Shown: in pieces, positions 13,902 to 26,283 of the stretch
Layout: each line of letters begins with the position of its first letter
How positions within the stretch are numbered: the stretch's first letter is position 1
DNA from: Catajapyx aquilonaris
Taxonomy: Eukaryota
Reading direction: 5' to 3'
Assembly: GCA_000934665.2 (NCBI GenBank)
Contig: KZ538070.1
Coordinates: forward strand, 1 to 64,000
DNA: 64,000 nt
Made by a program: the position numbers and the translations under genes
Notes under the pieces: model-generated
What the model saw: only the letters and a program-made list of their open reading frames with translations
The model's database searches: none
What the model was told of the DNA's origin: nothing

Positions 13902-14238
13902 CCGTGTGAAACAAAGTCACTCTGAACAAATTCGTGCATCTTAAGGATGTATTTGGATGGTATTAGCCAATCAGCGATATTGCTTAAATTTCTTACTGGA
14001 GTAACTGCCAAATTTCCACTGAAATCATGAAAATACAAGCCGAAACGTGGCAGGGGCCCAAATATTTCGTGTAAAACAAAGTCACTCTGAACAAATTCGT
14101 GTATCTTAAGGATGTATTTGGATTGTATTAGCCAATCAGCAATATTAATTAAATTTCTTACTATAGTAACTGTCAAATTTCCACTGAAATCCTGAAAATA
14201 CGGGGCCGCCACGTGGCAGGGTCCCAAATATGGCGGCT
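13902..14238. repeat. 165-bp tandem duplication related to the 10751-11140 repeat
   Basis: AAACAAAGTCACTCTGAACAAATTCGTG at 13909 and 14074. Both units continue through TTAGCCAATCAGC, ATTTCCACTGAAATC and ACGTGGCAGGG..CCAAATAT. Confidence 0.9.
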
Positions 14239-16004
14239 CGGACTTGCTCGGACTATAGAAGGTAAAAACCGGTAAAAACAGGCGATTCCACAATATTCAA
14301 GGTAAAACAGCGTCTTTCACCCTTATACAGAAGTTAAGGGCTAAAGTTTGAGCGGTTTTCTAGGATTAGCAACCGGGTGACCTCTCTGGGAGCCTCAGCT
14401 GGGGGGGGGGGGGGGGTNNNNNNNNNNGGGGGTGATAAATGTGCTGGAGTTCCGGTTTGCACAGATACCCCTAGATTGGAACAAGGGGAGGGTGAGAAAA
14501 TAAAGGGCGATAGTAATGAAAAATGGCGTCGTGGTAGCTAATAATGTCTGTAATTATGATGAAGAATGATAGCTGAAGGGACGTCACGGCATCCATCGTT
14601 AGCTCTTCCTTGCCTTTCCCTCCGTGACTCTTATGGGATGTTAATCGAGGGAGGCATTTGTCATTCCCTCATCCTTCTTCAGGACCCTTCTGCTCCAAAT
14701 CCGCACCAAATGACGCTCTTATCAGCCAGTCCGGACCTTGCTCCGAACCGAATTTTTTGACAGTTTACACCGCAATTGGGCTACGTGCGCAACACTATAC
14801 GTACCGCTACCAAATCCAATCAATTACGACCGGATTGTCTGCCAAATGAAATCATCTATCATGCAGATTAATTATTAATTATTCACCAATGTATTGCTAA
14901 CGCTACACTGACTCCCCCTACCAACCGACACTTGATCCCGCTTGATCCAATCGGATCTAAAATTTAGGTCCGACTTGATCCCAGCTTCATGCTTCACACT
15001 TCCTTCGTCCGAAACACCCTTGTGCATTTCAATGCTCTGACCATTTCCTGTCTCAAGGCTATCAACTCATCAGCGTTAGGGCTAATATGCATGAGGGGGC
15101 CAAAAGATAGGTGAGATACAGCACCTCTTTTTTTTTATTCCAACCAATGGGCGGCCTGCTTTGAACCATGTCACGTGACAGGCGTCATGCGAGGCACCCC
15201 AGGGTATGCGATGTTGCCAGATTGAATGGAATGTTGGAAATGTGGCAAGAGTGTAATGGGCGGCTGCATAAAGACGTCCCGCCGACCAGCTTTATTGCCA
15301 ATTTACCTGTACAGGTTGCCCATTGGTAATTACCGATAAATTTAGTAATATGCAGTGATTTTCCATCGGCTGGTTATGCGGTTTGAATATTAATTGTGGT
15401 TAATTTTATGTGGTAGCTAAGGTGCCATTGGATGTCAAGGTCGTGGCTAAAATGTAATTTATGCGACGGTCACCTTGTCCAACATGTACTGGTGGCTAGT
15501 GTGTAACTAATATAGCTGCTATTGGTAAGTCATCTATCACATCTCCATTAGACTAGTGATCGTGACCAGCTACCATTACACAGTGGCATCATCTGGTACT
15601 CTTTTCTCTATGGTAGATGTAATAAAACTATTACTCTGGCGAGACTGATGATGGAATGATGGAAAATGAGTTTGGCCACTTTTCATGGCCCGAACCTTTT
15701 TATATAATACCTCCTGTGTATGTAAGGTGACCTGCTCTGTGATTGGTTGGTGGTTATATATACGCCCTTGCATGACGGGGTAATTCGAAGGGATTAGGTT
15801 TATGACGGTTGTCTCTCATGTAAGAGATCCACTTTGCTGCAGGAACTTCGAAGCGCGAGGTGTAGTAAAAGACTCATGGATGTTATAAATTAGGGGTTGG
15901 TGGGGGGGGGGGGGGGGGGGNNNNNNNNNNNNNNNNNNNNNNNNNNNNNNNNNNNNNNNNNNNNNNNNNNNNNNNNNNNNNGCATGTAACAATAACTAAT
16001 ATTG

Positions 16005-16215
16005 AGAAAATTTTCACTAATAGCTATTATATCGAAAGATTTCACTGCTAACTATTATATCAAAAGATTTCACTGCTAACTATTATATCAAAAGATTTCA
16101 CTACTAGTCTAACTATTATATCAAAAGATTTCACTAATAACTATTATATAAAAAATCGCCAATAACTATTAAGTTATATCAAAAATGTTCACTGATAACT
16201 ATATCAAGAAATTAC
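16005..16215. repeat. 28-bp AT-rich minisatellite
   Basis: CTATTATATCAAAAGATTTCACTGCTAA-type unit at 16024, 16052 and 16080, with degenerate copies on either side. Confidence 0.88.
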
Positions 16216-17738
16216 ACACACAACAATAATATCAATAATTTTTTTGAATTCGCGTCAACTTTAGTTTTGGGGAGAAAATTTTATTGCTCAAATTTAAGTT
16301 CGACCCAACTTATAACTAATATTGTAACCAACAATACTTTGGCAATAAATTACTAGAAGCCAACCCCCCCTCTTCCAGCCAACCTGGAACGCTTCACCGA
16401 AATTACAGTCGCCCAACTTTCTAAATCTTGGCTTTTAGGTTCCGAATCCGAACTGAATATTAATGCCACCAAGTACTAAGTTATAATTGCTTCCAAGTTT
16501 CTAGATGGGGAGACACATTATTGGCCGATTTTATACCCCTCAAAAAGTTTTATATGAGTGACCATAGACTTGGGAGCTCTCTAGTCAATCAATTGTTTTC
16601 GTAGTAATTATGGCCTGAGATATTAGCTATAACAATCGTTAAGAGTCAGAACAGTAGTTTTTGGAGCTCGATTGTTACAGTATGTTCAAAATGTACGGAG
16701 ACAATTATTGTAGTCGAATCGATAGGAACCCAATAATTGTTTCCTGGATCGATAGTATCGTCCATATGTAGCGGACTCGACAAAGTGTACCTTATTGACA
16801 AGGGTATTTCCCCCTATCCAGTAGGGGGGTTTCACCCCTCTGATCTGCTCACGGGTTTTGCGGTGCTAATGGCTCCTGGACATGTATGGGTCCCCTCTGG
16901 CCTCTGCATACACTGAGTCAGACTCTGATAGGACAAGCACCATCAGGAAAATACCCATCATGTTGTTTCGAAAATTGAGGAAATGTCTTGCCTAGAAAGC
17001 GATCAGGTCACTTTTTGTAACGTCTTACCACATCCGACTCGTCCATGTCACTCCAAGTGTGAGGAAACGGTCGCCTCGGGGTCAAACGTGACGTGAAATT
17101 GGTCACTTAGCCTTCTTATATTGAGTTGTAGCTTTCGTTTTGTGAAAGGTTCAATGTGCATACTAGTTGTATGGAAGGAAATCAGTAGATGGCGCACGCT
17201 GTTCGCATATAGTGCGCTTTAAATTGTTTAAGGCGGATGTCCTCACCCCTTCTGAGTCCCTTCCGAACATGTCACACACACGCATAGAAAAGCCCCATTT
17301 GGCCTATGACACACGTAAGCATCCATGTGTAACCGCGTGTGCCAGTGTGTGTAGATGAAAAGATACATTTGGGGAGGGCAAAGGGTCCATTGAATCAAGC
17401 CCGGATTCGCGGTATGTCCCCTTCCAAAAAGGGATTACCCAACCCTCCTAGTTCCTCTTTTGAATAAGACGTGTTTCTAGCTAGGCGTGCACTGGAATGT
17501 CCGGGACTTAATCTGGGGCGCCCTCTGGATTGAGTCAGGTCATGCAGAGTCGGCCTCATTCTTCCATTTTCCCAGAGTTAAATCTTGCCGAGGGTTTCAT
17601 AAACAAACTCATTTGCTCCTAGCTGGTTCGTTCCGAGTGGAATTTCATCCAGAATTATGCGCCTCATCGCCTAACTACTCTTTTGCCTCAGGAGCTAGGG
17701 CCTTATTTAGCTGGTTTTTTTTGGAGGGGAGGATTATG

Positions 17739-17776
17739 CCGCTAGATGGCGTTCTGCCAGGGAGTGCCATCTAGCG
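17739..17776. promoter_or_regulatory. Inverted pair of CTCF-like motifs
   Basis: CCGCTAGATGGCG followed by GTGCCATCTAGCG. Both resemble the bilaterian CTCF core as I recall it. Binding is untested. Confidence 0.45.
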
Positions 17777-18182
17777 ACCAGAAAACATGCAGTATCTCCA
17801 GACAAGACCGGGGTATTGTAAGGTAGGGTATGACTCAAATTGCCTGGGGCTCAACAAGCAGGAATAACAAGCTGGCAGAGGGTTGATTGTTGCTGGATGA
17901 TATTATTTACAACGGGTCTCTGGCTGATGATGAATGGAGCTCGCTACCTAGAACCGTGTAAATGGATATACACGTGGTGCGGTTCTATGGAACCGACAAT
18001 GTTGTTTGCCTCGCTTCTCTATGAAACTAATGATGATTGCATGTCTCACTTTCATTGCGGTGCTGCGATGATGCTGATTGGACGCGATTCTTTGCCAAAA
18101 TTGCGCCAATTCAATGCTATCCATTGATATTTTTTGAATAGGTATGGGTTTGGATTCATGCCGACTTGTCCGTTTTGTTGTT

Positions 18183-18405
18183 GGTCAACTATAGCTGGTA
18201 AGACACTTTTCACTCAAATGAAGGGTTGCAGGTTCGAATCCTGCCATGGTATATTTTTTTCAGTTTCTAACAATATTTTTAACTTTTGTGTGAGTAGAAA
18301 ACTGGCAAAGTTGTAGCTTTTGTCGCGTTTTGTATTTTTCTGGTGAGTCCAGTCGGTAATTCGCATTTATCTCAACTTGAGGGTCGCAGGTTCGAATCTC
18401 GTCAC
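18183..18405 (+). pseudogene. Two degenerate tRNA-like/SINE-head remnants in tandem
   Basis: B-box GGTTCGAATC at 18231 and 18389, each preceded by CTCAA..TGA.GGGTYGCA and an A-box-like segment (TAGCTGGTAAG or CAGTCGGTAA), and followed by T runs. No full cloverleaf. Confidence 0.5.
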
Positions 18406-19265
18406 TTTTCTGTTGTTGTTTTTTTTCACTTTTTGGGGCTTAAGTATGTACCAGAGTCTGAATAAGATGTCAGGAGTGACCTGACGGCCAGAAATCAATT
18501 CAGGGTTACCACCCCATGTTTTTTACCACCCTAAAAGCGCTATAGTAGATGGTGGTCGTGAGTTTCAGGAACACGCCCGAAGCAATTACTAAAGAGGATC
18601 CGGGCGAGTTTGAATCCGCGGCAGGCGTACTATTAGCTCCCAAAATCATCTCGCTGTGGAGCCTTCATTACTATTAACTTCAATGGCGAAACAAGTAGTC
18701 ATGAGAAAATTAAAGCGCCAAATTACCCGTTCGGCTTGGGAAACCAAGTCTGTACGGGTAATTCGGCTGGATGTGTCGGAATTAAGGCCAAGTCCTCTAC
18801 CATTGGACGAAATCGATGGTATGTATGGTGAAATGGTGAGGTTTTGTCCGCAACTTTTTTTTGGGGGGGGGGGGGNGGGGGGGGAGGTAAGGCTTTGGCT
18901 AGGGGTCAGGAGATTGAAAAAAGATGAGGATTGGACACTCGTAAAAATTCGGGAAAGGCTTTTCCTGACTCAACCTCATCCCAGAGTTTTCTAGGAAAGC
19001 TCAGCCAGCCATTGCTGACTTGGCAGGTTCGACAAAAAAAAATTGCGGCAGATCGCCCAAGGATGAAGTCTCGGAAGTATAGAGCTCAGTTCTTAGAAAA
19101 GGGAGGAAAAATGGCGAGAGTTGGCCACTATGGCCAGGAATAATGACTCTCAAAAGTGTGTGCCTTCAAGACATAAATGTTGTTTACAACGTCTCCTCTG
19201 ATTCATAACTTTGGAGGAAAAAAGGGAAAATTGTTAGCCATATTTTACCATACTGTATGTATATA

Positions 19266-19444
19266 CAGGGTGTTCCAAATTCGTGGGTCGTTTTTTATAA
19301 CTGATATTGCCCAATAGTATTTAGTTGATTTGTGGAGCTTGTTGTCTATAGCAACTACTACCAGGTTAGTGGGCACAACAAGCTACAAAAAATAACTACT
19401 ATATCAATTATTTTAAAAAGCGACCCACGAAATTGGAACACCTA
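19266..19444. mobile_element. Tc1/mariner-type MITE
   Basis: TA|CAGGGTGTTCCAAATTCGTGGGTCGTTTTT is an inverted match to AAAAAGCGACCCACGAAATTGGAACACC. Internal inverted repeat AGCTTGTTGT / CACAACAAGCT. The right tip is eroded. Confidence 0.8.
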
Positions 19445-19564
19445 TTCAAGTTGGTTCGAATTATGGGAGCCATTGTTGCAATAATGGCGCGAATAAATAA
19501 ATTGTATAAAATATTTTGCAAATAAGCGGAATAAAAGTAAGTATGAATTTTCAGAGTCCCAAGC

Positions 19565-19759
19565 CACTTCGGATATAGTAGACCAGAATCACACGCCAGA
19601 TGATCCCTGACGTCATTTTAACGACTTTTACGTCAATTTAACGTCAAGAAGTGTAACGACTATTGTACCATTGAGTTTGACGTGAAATTGGTGTAAAAGT
19701 CGTCAAAATAACGTCAGGAATCATCTGGCGTTGGACTCGGGTCTACTATATCCGAAGTG
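19565..19759. mobile_element. Palindromic MITE with CAC...GTG ends
   Basis: Perfect 20-bp terminal inverted repeat CACTTCGGATATAGTAGACC / GGTCTACTATATCCGAAGTG, extending imperfectly for ~80 bp (ACGCCAGATGAT..CTGACGT / ACGTCAG..ATCATCTGGCGT). No clear target-site duplication. Confidence 0.85.
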
Positions 19760-19884
19760 TGCCTGTAAAAAGGTCTATTTGCTATGGTTTGTGACCTTAT
19801 ATTTATACTTTGTGCTTATAAAATTATTCTAGCCATTTTTATTTTATGTAAAATTATCCTCCATACTCCGGAAAAAGTAACAAT

Positions 19885-19988
19885 TTTGTGCCTATTTGAG
19901 GTGTTTTTGTGCCTATTTAAGTGCCTATATTTCCGGGTTTTTTGTGCCTATTTCGAAGTATTTTCGTGGCTAAAAATCCGGACTCTAG
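19885..19988. repeat. GTGCCTAT subterminal-type repeats, probably a DNA-transposon end
   Basis: Four GTGCCTAT copies followed by GCTAAAAATCCGGACTCTA. No partner end was found. Confidence 0.45.
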
Positions 19989-22900
19989 TAATAATACACA
20001 CAAGCTATAGGTACGTATACTCTGTCTCTGGAAAACCCCTTTTCCCCATTGTTTGAAGTGGCAAACTCGAACTAGGTTCTTGGCCGCTGATTTGCATAAA
20101 CCTTTATTGACTCCTCCCGGCCCATAAGAGCGCGGGAACAAACGGTCCTGTTTACCGTCATTTTCTTAAACAGAAATGTAAACTGCACGTCGGAGGCCCC
20201 TGCAGCCAAATTTACGCATCGTATTATAAAGTTTCGGGTCCCAGGACTTGTTTGGGAGTTTAAGTTTGGGCATAGGGCCTAGGATTCACAATGAGAGACG
20301 AGGATTAGCGTGTCTTGTCTCGTCCTGGCCACCTTGACAAAGCTGCGGTCGGTTTGAGCCAGCTTGTGGCCAACAGAGGGCTCTGGCGCAGGTGGCTCGG
20401 GGCTAGGTGGCGCTGGTGGCTCTCCACCAGGGGCATCATGCCCACTTCTCTCATCATGAAGATTTTAACAAAATAATTTTAAATATATATTCTGAAGCAT
20501 TTTAAAGTGTACAATAAAATTCTATCTGACTGATTAGAGCTTAATATTTGACTAACAGCCGTTAGATGGCGGGGTATGCCAACTATTGGCTCCGTTTACG
20601 ACGCCAGAGTGTCAACACCACCGAAAAGCTGGAAAGGGTAGAAAAAAACCGGGACAAAAACCAGTTTCTGGATGTAGGGAAGGGTAAATTATGCCTGGCC
20701 GCCATGTAATTGAGTCTGTTGGGAATGCCTTTCATCTGCACTTTTTCCCAACAAAGGGACGGTGGTGGCACGCACTTTCTGGGCGAGAGCGTATATCTCT
20801 CGCTCGCTTCCCTCGCAAAACTCTTTTGATTTGCTCGCTTCCTGCTTCCTCCCCCCTCCATCCCACTCTTGCCAACTGCCGAATTGTAAAATCAGGAAGA
20901 GAGAAAAAAAAGGACATTAGTTGAAAGCAATTTCCTGTTGATGCAGGGAAAATAATTTGATTACTGGTAGTAGGCGTCCATTCCTCCGTAAAAGATAACA
21001 AATTAGATTTGGAGGGTGGCTTCCACAGGATGGAAACCCCCTAAGGATACAAGTGGATGGAAATATTAGGTGGCATATATGGTGGAAGGGAGAAGCTTCA
21101 CAATGGTAGGCAAATACGGTCTCAGGGACTTGGAAAAGGGATCAGATGTGATTTCCATCCGGGAGAGAGCACTTTGAAATCGAATACTGGGGAACAAGAG
21201 ATATATATATTTTTTAGAGAGCGACTGATTCGCGCTGGAAAATTCAAATTGGCATACTCATATAGGTAAAAATATATGCGTCTCCGGTGGCATAACCTGA
21301 TAAGTTCAGCGACATCCGTTGTTGAGATATAATTGTTCATAGTGTTCATTTTCAATCAAAACTTCAGCTGAATAGGATTTTTTTAATATTTCAACAACGT
21401 AGACCCCGGAACGATCCAGTCCCAATCTTATCTGCTTCTGAAAATGTGGAAAAAGTGAGTGGGAAAAAAAGCTATATGAACGTCGATCGTTGGACGTTTG
21501 GTACCAAAGCATGACCAGGCATAGGAAGCGGCGTCGGAAATGAGCCAAGGCCCACCCGAATGAGCCAGTCTACTATGGGCCACTCGCAACTATTCGACAA
21601 TTCTCGCCACTAGCTTCCTTTCTAGGAAAGTGGAGAGAAATCCAAGCCTCTGCTTTTCCCTCCCCAATTCGTTTAGCTTCAGGGCTTTTTCGACTCCAAG
21701 TAATGTCACCTCTGTGGGAGCTGCCACAGTGCCCCCCTCACAAAAAGGGGGCGAGGGGGGCGAGTCTTGACAGGACCGGATTGAGGGGAGAGATGCTCGA
21801 ATATGACAAAAAGGATGCATTTTCAGCTGGAAACAAGCTGAGAGCATAGATCTAGCCTTAGAGAGGGTGGATCTATGATTTTGAGCTAAAAAGCCGTAAC
21901 TGCAACCCGGCATGGCAGATACGGCTTTTTTGTTATAAATATGGCTCATTTAGTCAATTCTCTTACAATATTTTGTATTTATAAATGTTAGATTTTATCT
22001 ACATATTGGGTTATGTCATATCTGCCATTTTTGCGCTACTTGCCTGAAGAATTGTTTTTCTACCTTTTTTGAAGAATAATACGGGTGTAATTCGACTCCA
22101 TTTTCAACAGTGGTGTTGAATAGAGCAGGGGGAATATCATAGCATTTTGTGTGTCAACGTCAACCTGGGGTATTGATGGATTATTCCGGAGCGATGCAAA
22201 GTTCAATAACGCTTACCTCCAGCGGAAATGTTTTATTCATGAATAGGCTGTATTGGGTTGCACCGGTCATCACATACTAGGGGGGTTTGTACTGTCAGAT
22301 ATACCGGAGGGATGAGTAATGTGATTATTATCATTAGCAAAACTGCGGGGCTGAAAATACGGGGTCACCCATACTATTTTTTCCGGGGGGTTACATCTAG
22401 ATCTTGAGGGTTTGGTAATTAGTGATGTGGGGGTGTGGTGTACTCACACCCTAATTTACGATGCCATTGAAGTAGGGGGGTGCAATGTGTGATTCTAGAT
22501 ATGGATAAATTTATTGATGAAGGTAAAACAAACAGTCTGATATAATTAAAGATGCTATGAACTCATGGGGGGAAAAATCTGGCCTATATAGACTTCCTGA
22601 TTGATAAATGGAGTGTGCTGGAACCCTCAGTCCCCTAAGGCATTTGATGACCAAACTCAACCATTAGGAGAATTGGCAAGGGGATTCAAGATAGAAGTGG
22701 GTAAAAATTTAATCCTGGTTACAATTCAATTCTTAGTGTCGATGACGCAGGGTCAGTGAGTCATTTTAGTTTGACAACGACCATCGTCATCCCCACTGAC
22801 TGGGAAGTGTCCCCGCATGCCATTTGACAAGTAAAGGACCCACCGAAGTTGGGCAAAAGCGGATTTTCCCTTTTCTCATTACTGGGACCGGAATGGGTCC

Positions 22901-25900
22901 CGAGCAGTCATTGAGGGAATTCTTAAACCCCCTCGAGAGCATTACATGGGATGATTGCAGTCGTGGGGAATGATGTTAAATCATCCTTCCCTGGCCGCGA
23001 TTTTCAAAATGACAGCTCAGGTGGGTTCTAGCCCTCTGGCGGGAAGAATTGAAGTTCACCAGTTTGTTTAATGGCCAAATTATTTGATTATTTATTCACA
23101 TATATCAATGGCCCTTATTATATAGCAATTTCTACAACAATAGAAATAGTATTTGGAGCTGCAGTTTGTATCGGACGTTTCTCTCTAGAGGGCAGTCAGT
23201 TGAGTTTAAAATGGCGCCTGGAGGTTCTAGATAAACTCTACGGTTCAGTATCGTGCAGTAAATATTAATAATTAATAAAGAGAGGTCCGACCAGGGCCAC
23301 AAATTGCTGGAAATATCTAGGAACTGCTGGGAATTAGTAATTGTTACCTGGTAGCGCTGCTAACGTTTTGATCGAAAATGGTTTGTTTTTATTTGTTATA
23401 ATATTAAGTAAAAATTGGTCAAAATATACAATACGTATAAGGCAATGTTCGTTTGCCCAAGTTGTTGCTTCAATGTGTTCTGTTGGCAAAGCCATAATAA
23501 CGTTCGTTGGGCATTATCAACTACTGTATAAATAAATAAATAAAAATTCACATTGAAAAATAGTCTGTCCTAGACTTTTGACACATTGTACGGTACATAT
23601 GGTGAGCTGTAGTTGCTTATTTACGCCCAATTTAAGCTCATTGGACAGGCGCTTCTACAAATTGGCACATCAAGCGATTGGAAATATCAGGCGGCGCGAA
23701 TTTAACACCAGTTGAAAAATATTAGCATAATTTGTTGTGATTACACCATAGAGGCGGCGCCAAATTCAATCCGGCCACGTCAAAGGGGTTAATGTTCCGC
23801 ACCTACAATAGTATGTGCACAATGCTAGGAATTTCTAGGCCTCATTTAGGGGGGTTATAAGGAAGGAAACCCCCACTGGAGAATGGAAGTCAAATGTCAA
23901 AATTTGTTGCTCTCTGGTTGGCTATTTTGGCTCCTTTTTTGTGGAATTTTGGGGGTTAAATCAGATTTGGAAAAAGCCATCTTCCTGTCGAGGGATGTGA
24001 AAATTGAATGAGAGAAAGTACTTCCGCACTATTGAATTTTAATTAGCCAACCTGAAGCTTCTATATTAGTGACCCTAGCCCCAAAATCGCCCTATGCTTC
24101 ATTAGTCTCATTAGAAGAGGTAATTTCTAGCCATGGCTGGTGTCATACCCTATTTGCACCCAAATCTCCAAGGTATGACCTTTGGTTATACGGCAGTGAT
24201 TTTTTTTTTCTTCCTGTTCCTATTGGTTGGTAGGAATCTTGACCGAATCAAAGCGCAATCTTGGCCCTCAGAGTCCTCTTCCTTCCTTGGGATTTTTTTT
24301 TCGATTGAGGAAGCGTGTCCGCACTTTTTCTGGGCCCTTTTTCTGGGCTCGCTGACAGAGATCTAGTGCTAGTGTCGGCCTACTACTAGAGGCGACCGAG
24401 TGGAAATGCTCGGCTTGGTCCTAGTGTTGATTTATTTCTGTGGTGTTAATTTGTGCTGGGTGGCACAGGGCGCACTAATTTAATTGGGTGATATTTATTT
24501 CACATTTGTTTTATTTATTGAAGAATCTATCGATGAATATATTTTTATTTGTTAAATTGAAATTGAAATTGAAATTTAACTTCAATTTCAATTTAATTCC
24601 ATTCAATTGAATTGAATTTTAATTTGTTTTATTTACTGATGAATTTGATGAAATTAAGTATTTTATCTTACGTACAGTTTATTTATTTTATTCTGTAGGC
24701 CTACATATTATTTCATTTTTTGCATACGAAGAGTTCAGGAGAAAACAACTCTGTTAGCATGTTTTTCTCCCGAGTCTCATAATTTAATAATTAGAAATTA
24801 TTTAAAAAATTACTTTTTTATACCAGTTTCCTGTACCCAGAGCTGTTCCCCTAAAGGGGCTCCGCCAACTTAAATAAATAAAAATAATTGGATATTATTT
24901 TATACTAGCATACACTTCAATTTTGTAAAAGTTCGGATTGACGTCACATTTTTTTTTTTGCTAATATTGTGACTTGTAGTGTACGCGTATACGTATGACT
25001 CACCCTGAAATGCTCAATATCTCCTCAAATTACATCATTTTATGCGATATTATTATTTTATAATAGAGCAAATTTGTTCAAACTACGCTCCGAGGGTGGG
25101 GGGAGAGGTAGTTTGTTCAAATATAGAGGGCCAAGATATAGCTAGCTCGGTAGAGTAATTGGATACGCTCCATATTTCTGATTAAAATTGGGTATAATCA
25201 GTAAACACTGAATTAATTATTCAAATTTAATCACCCGGTCAGGCCCTGGGCTCAATTATAGCCATTGTCAGATAGTTGCCCTACATTTTTGACCACAACC
25301 TGCTGGTTGCGAGTTAGTTTACATTTTCTATGATCTATCCTCCCACTTTTCCACTTACTGAACGGGAAGGATCTATTTTCACGTATCGATGAAAGTAATT
25401 TCCACTATTTTAAGTGAAAGTCATGTAAATTCATAAATGTTCATATACAATGATGATATGCTAATGAAAGTAATATATGGACCATTTTCTGACATGTACT
25501 TGCCTGTACTTGCTATGATATTTTGAAATATCATAAGTACAGGCAACTCAAAAAAATTGTATATGGGCTTGTTATTGGTTATTATAACTACTTTTATCTG
25601 TTTGCACCTTTGATTAATATTTAGCAAACTTGCCTTTTCGCTCGCAATTCATCACGCCCATGCAGTACAACCGCATAAATTGCGACTCATTTGAACCCCC
25701 CCCCTCCACCTTCCCCCATAGCACTGACTATAGATGGTTGTAACGTGGCCAGAATATATGCGAAATTGATTGGCGCAATCCCCTCCGCTATTGTGTCGAA
25801 AAACATCTGCTTATTGATTAGCACTGGCAGCGTCGAAGGCACAATCGGTCAGGCTCCGTGGAAATGGAGCCACGTCAACCGGGATACATCGGACCAATTG

Positions 25901-26162
25901 TGCCGCTCCAGTGTCCATCGATAACCGGGCATCTGTATGAATGGCCCTGGGGGTGCTCCAAACACACACAAAATGCGTGTATGGCCCGATGCATAATAGG
26001 GCCCCACTCTTTTTTACTCAGCCCCCCCAATGATACAGGCACTGTTTCATAATGGCGCCCAGCACTCATCTTTTCACATTTTGAAATGGTTCATAATTGA
26101 ACACATTCGGCTCGTCGCTCATTAACAACTAGATTGGCAATCCTGCAGGCACGCGCAACCAC

Positions 26163-26283
26163 CATAGTACCATAGAGACGCCATCTTTGATTGAGTCAAA
26201 CGACGCTCGTTTGACGCCATCTTTGATTGAGTCAAACGACGCTCGTTTGACTCAATCAAAGATGGCGTCTCTTTGGTACTATG
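26163..26283. mobile_element. Short palindromic element (CATAG...CTATG) with an internal 36-bp duplication
   Basis: CATAGTACCATAGAGACGCCATCTTTGATTGAGTCAAACG pairs with CGTTTGACTCAATCAAAGATGGCGTCTCTTTGGTACTATG (one mismatch). The 36-mer starting at 26177 is repeated at 26213. Confidence 0.85.

Noticed and set aside
13775..14293. Longest ORF (172 aa, minus strand)
   Set aside because: It is mostly the translation of the 165-bp tandem duplication (55-aa repeat). No recognisable domain.
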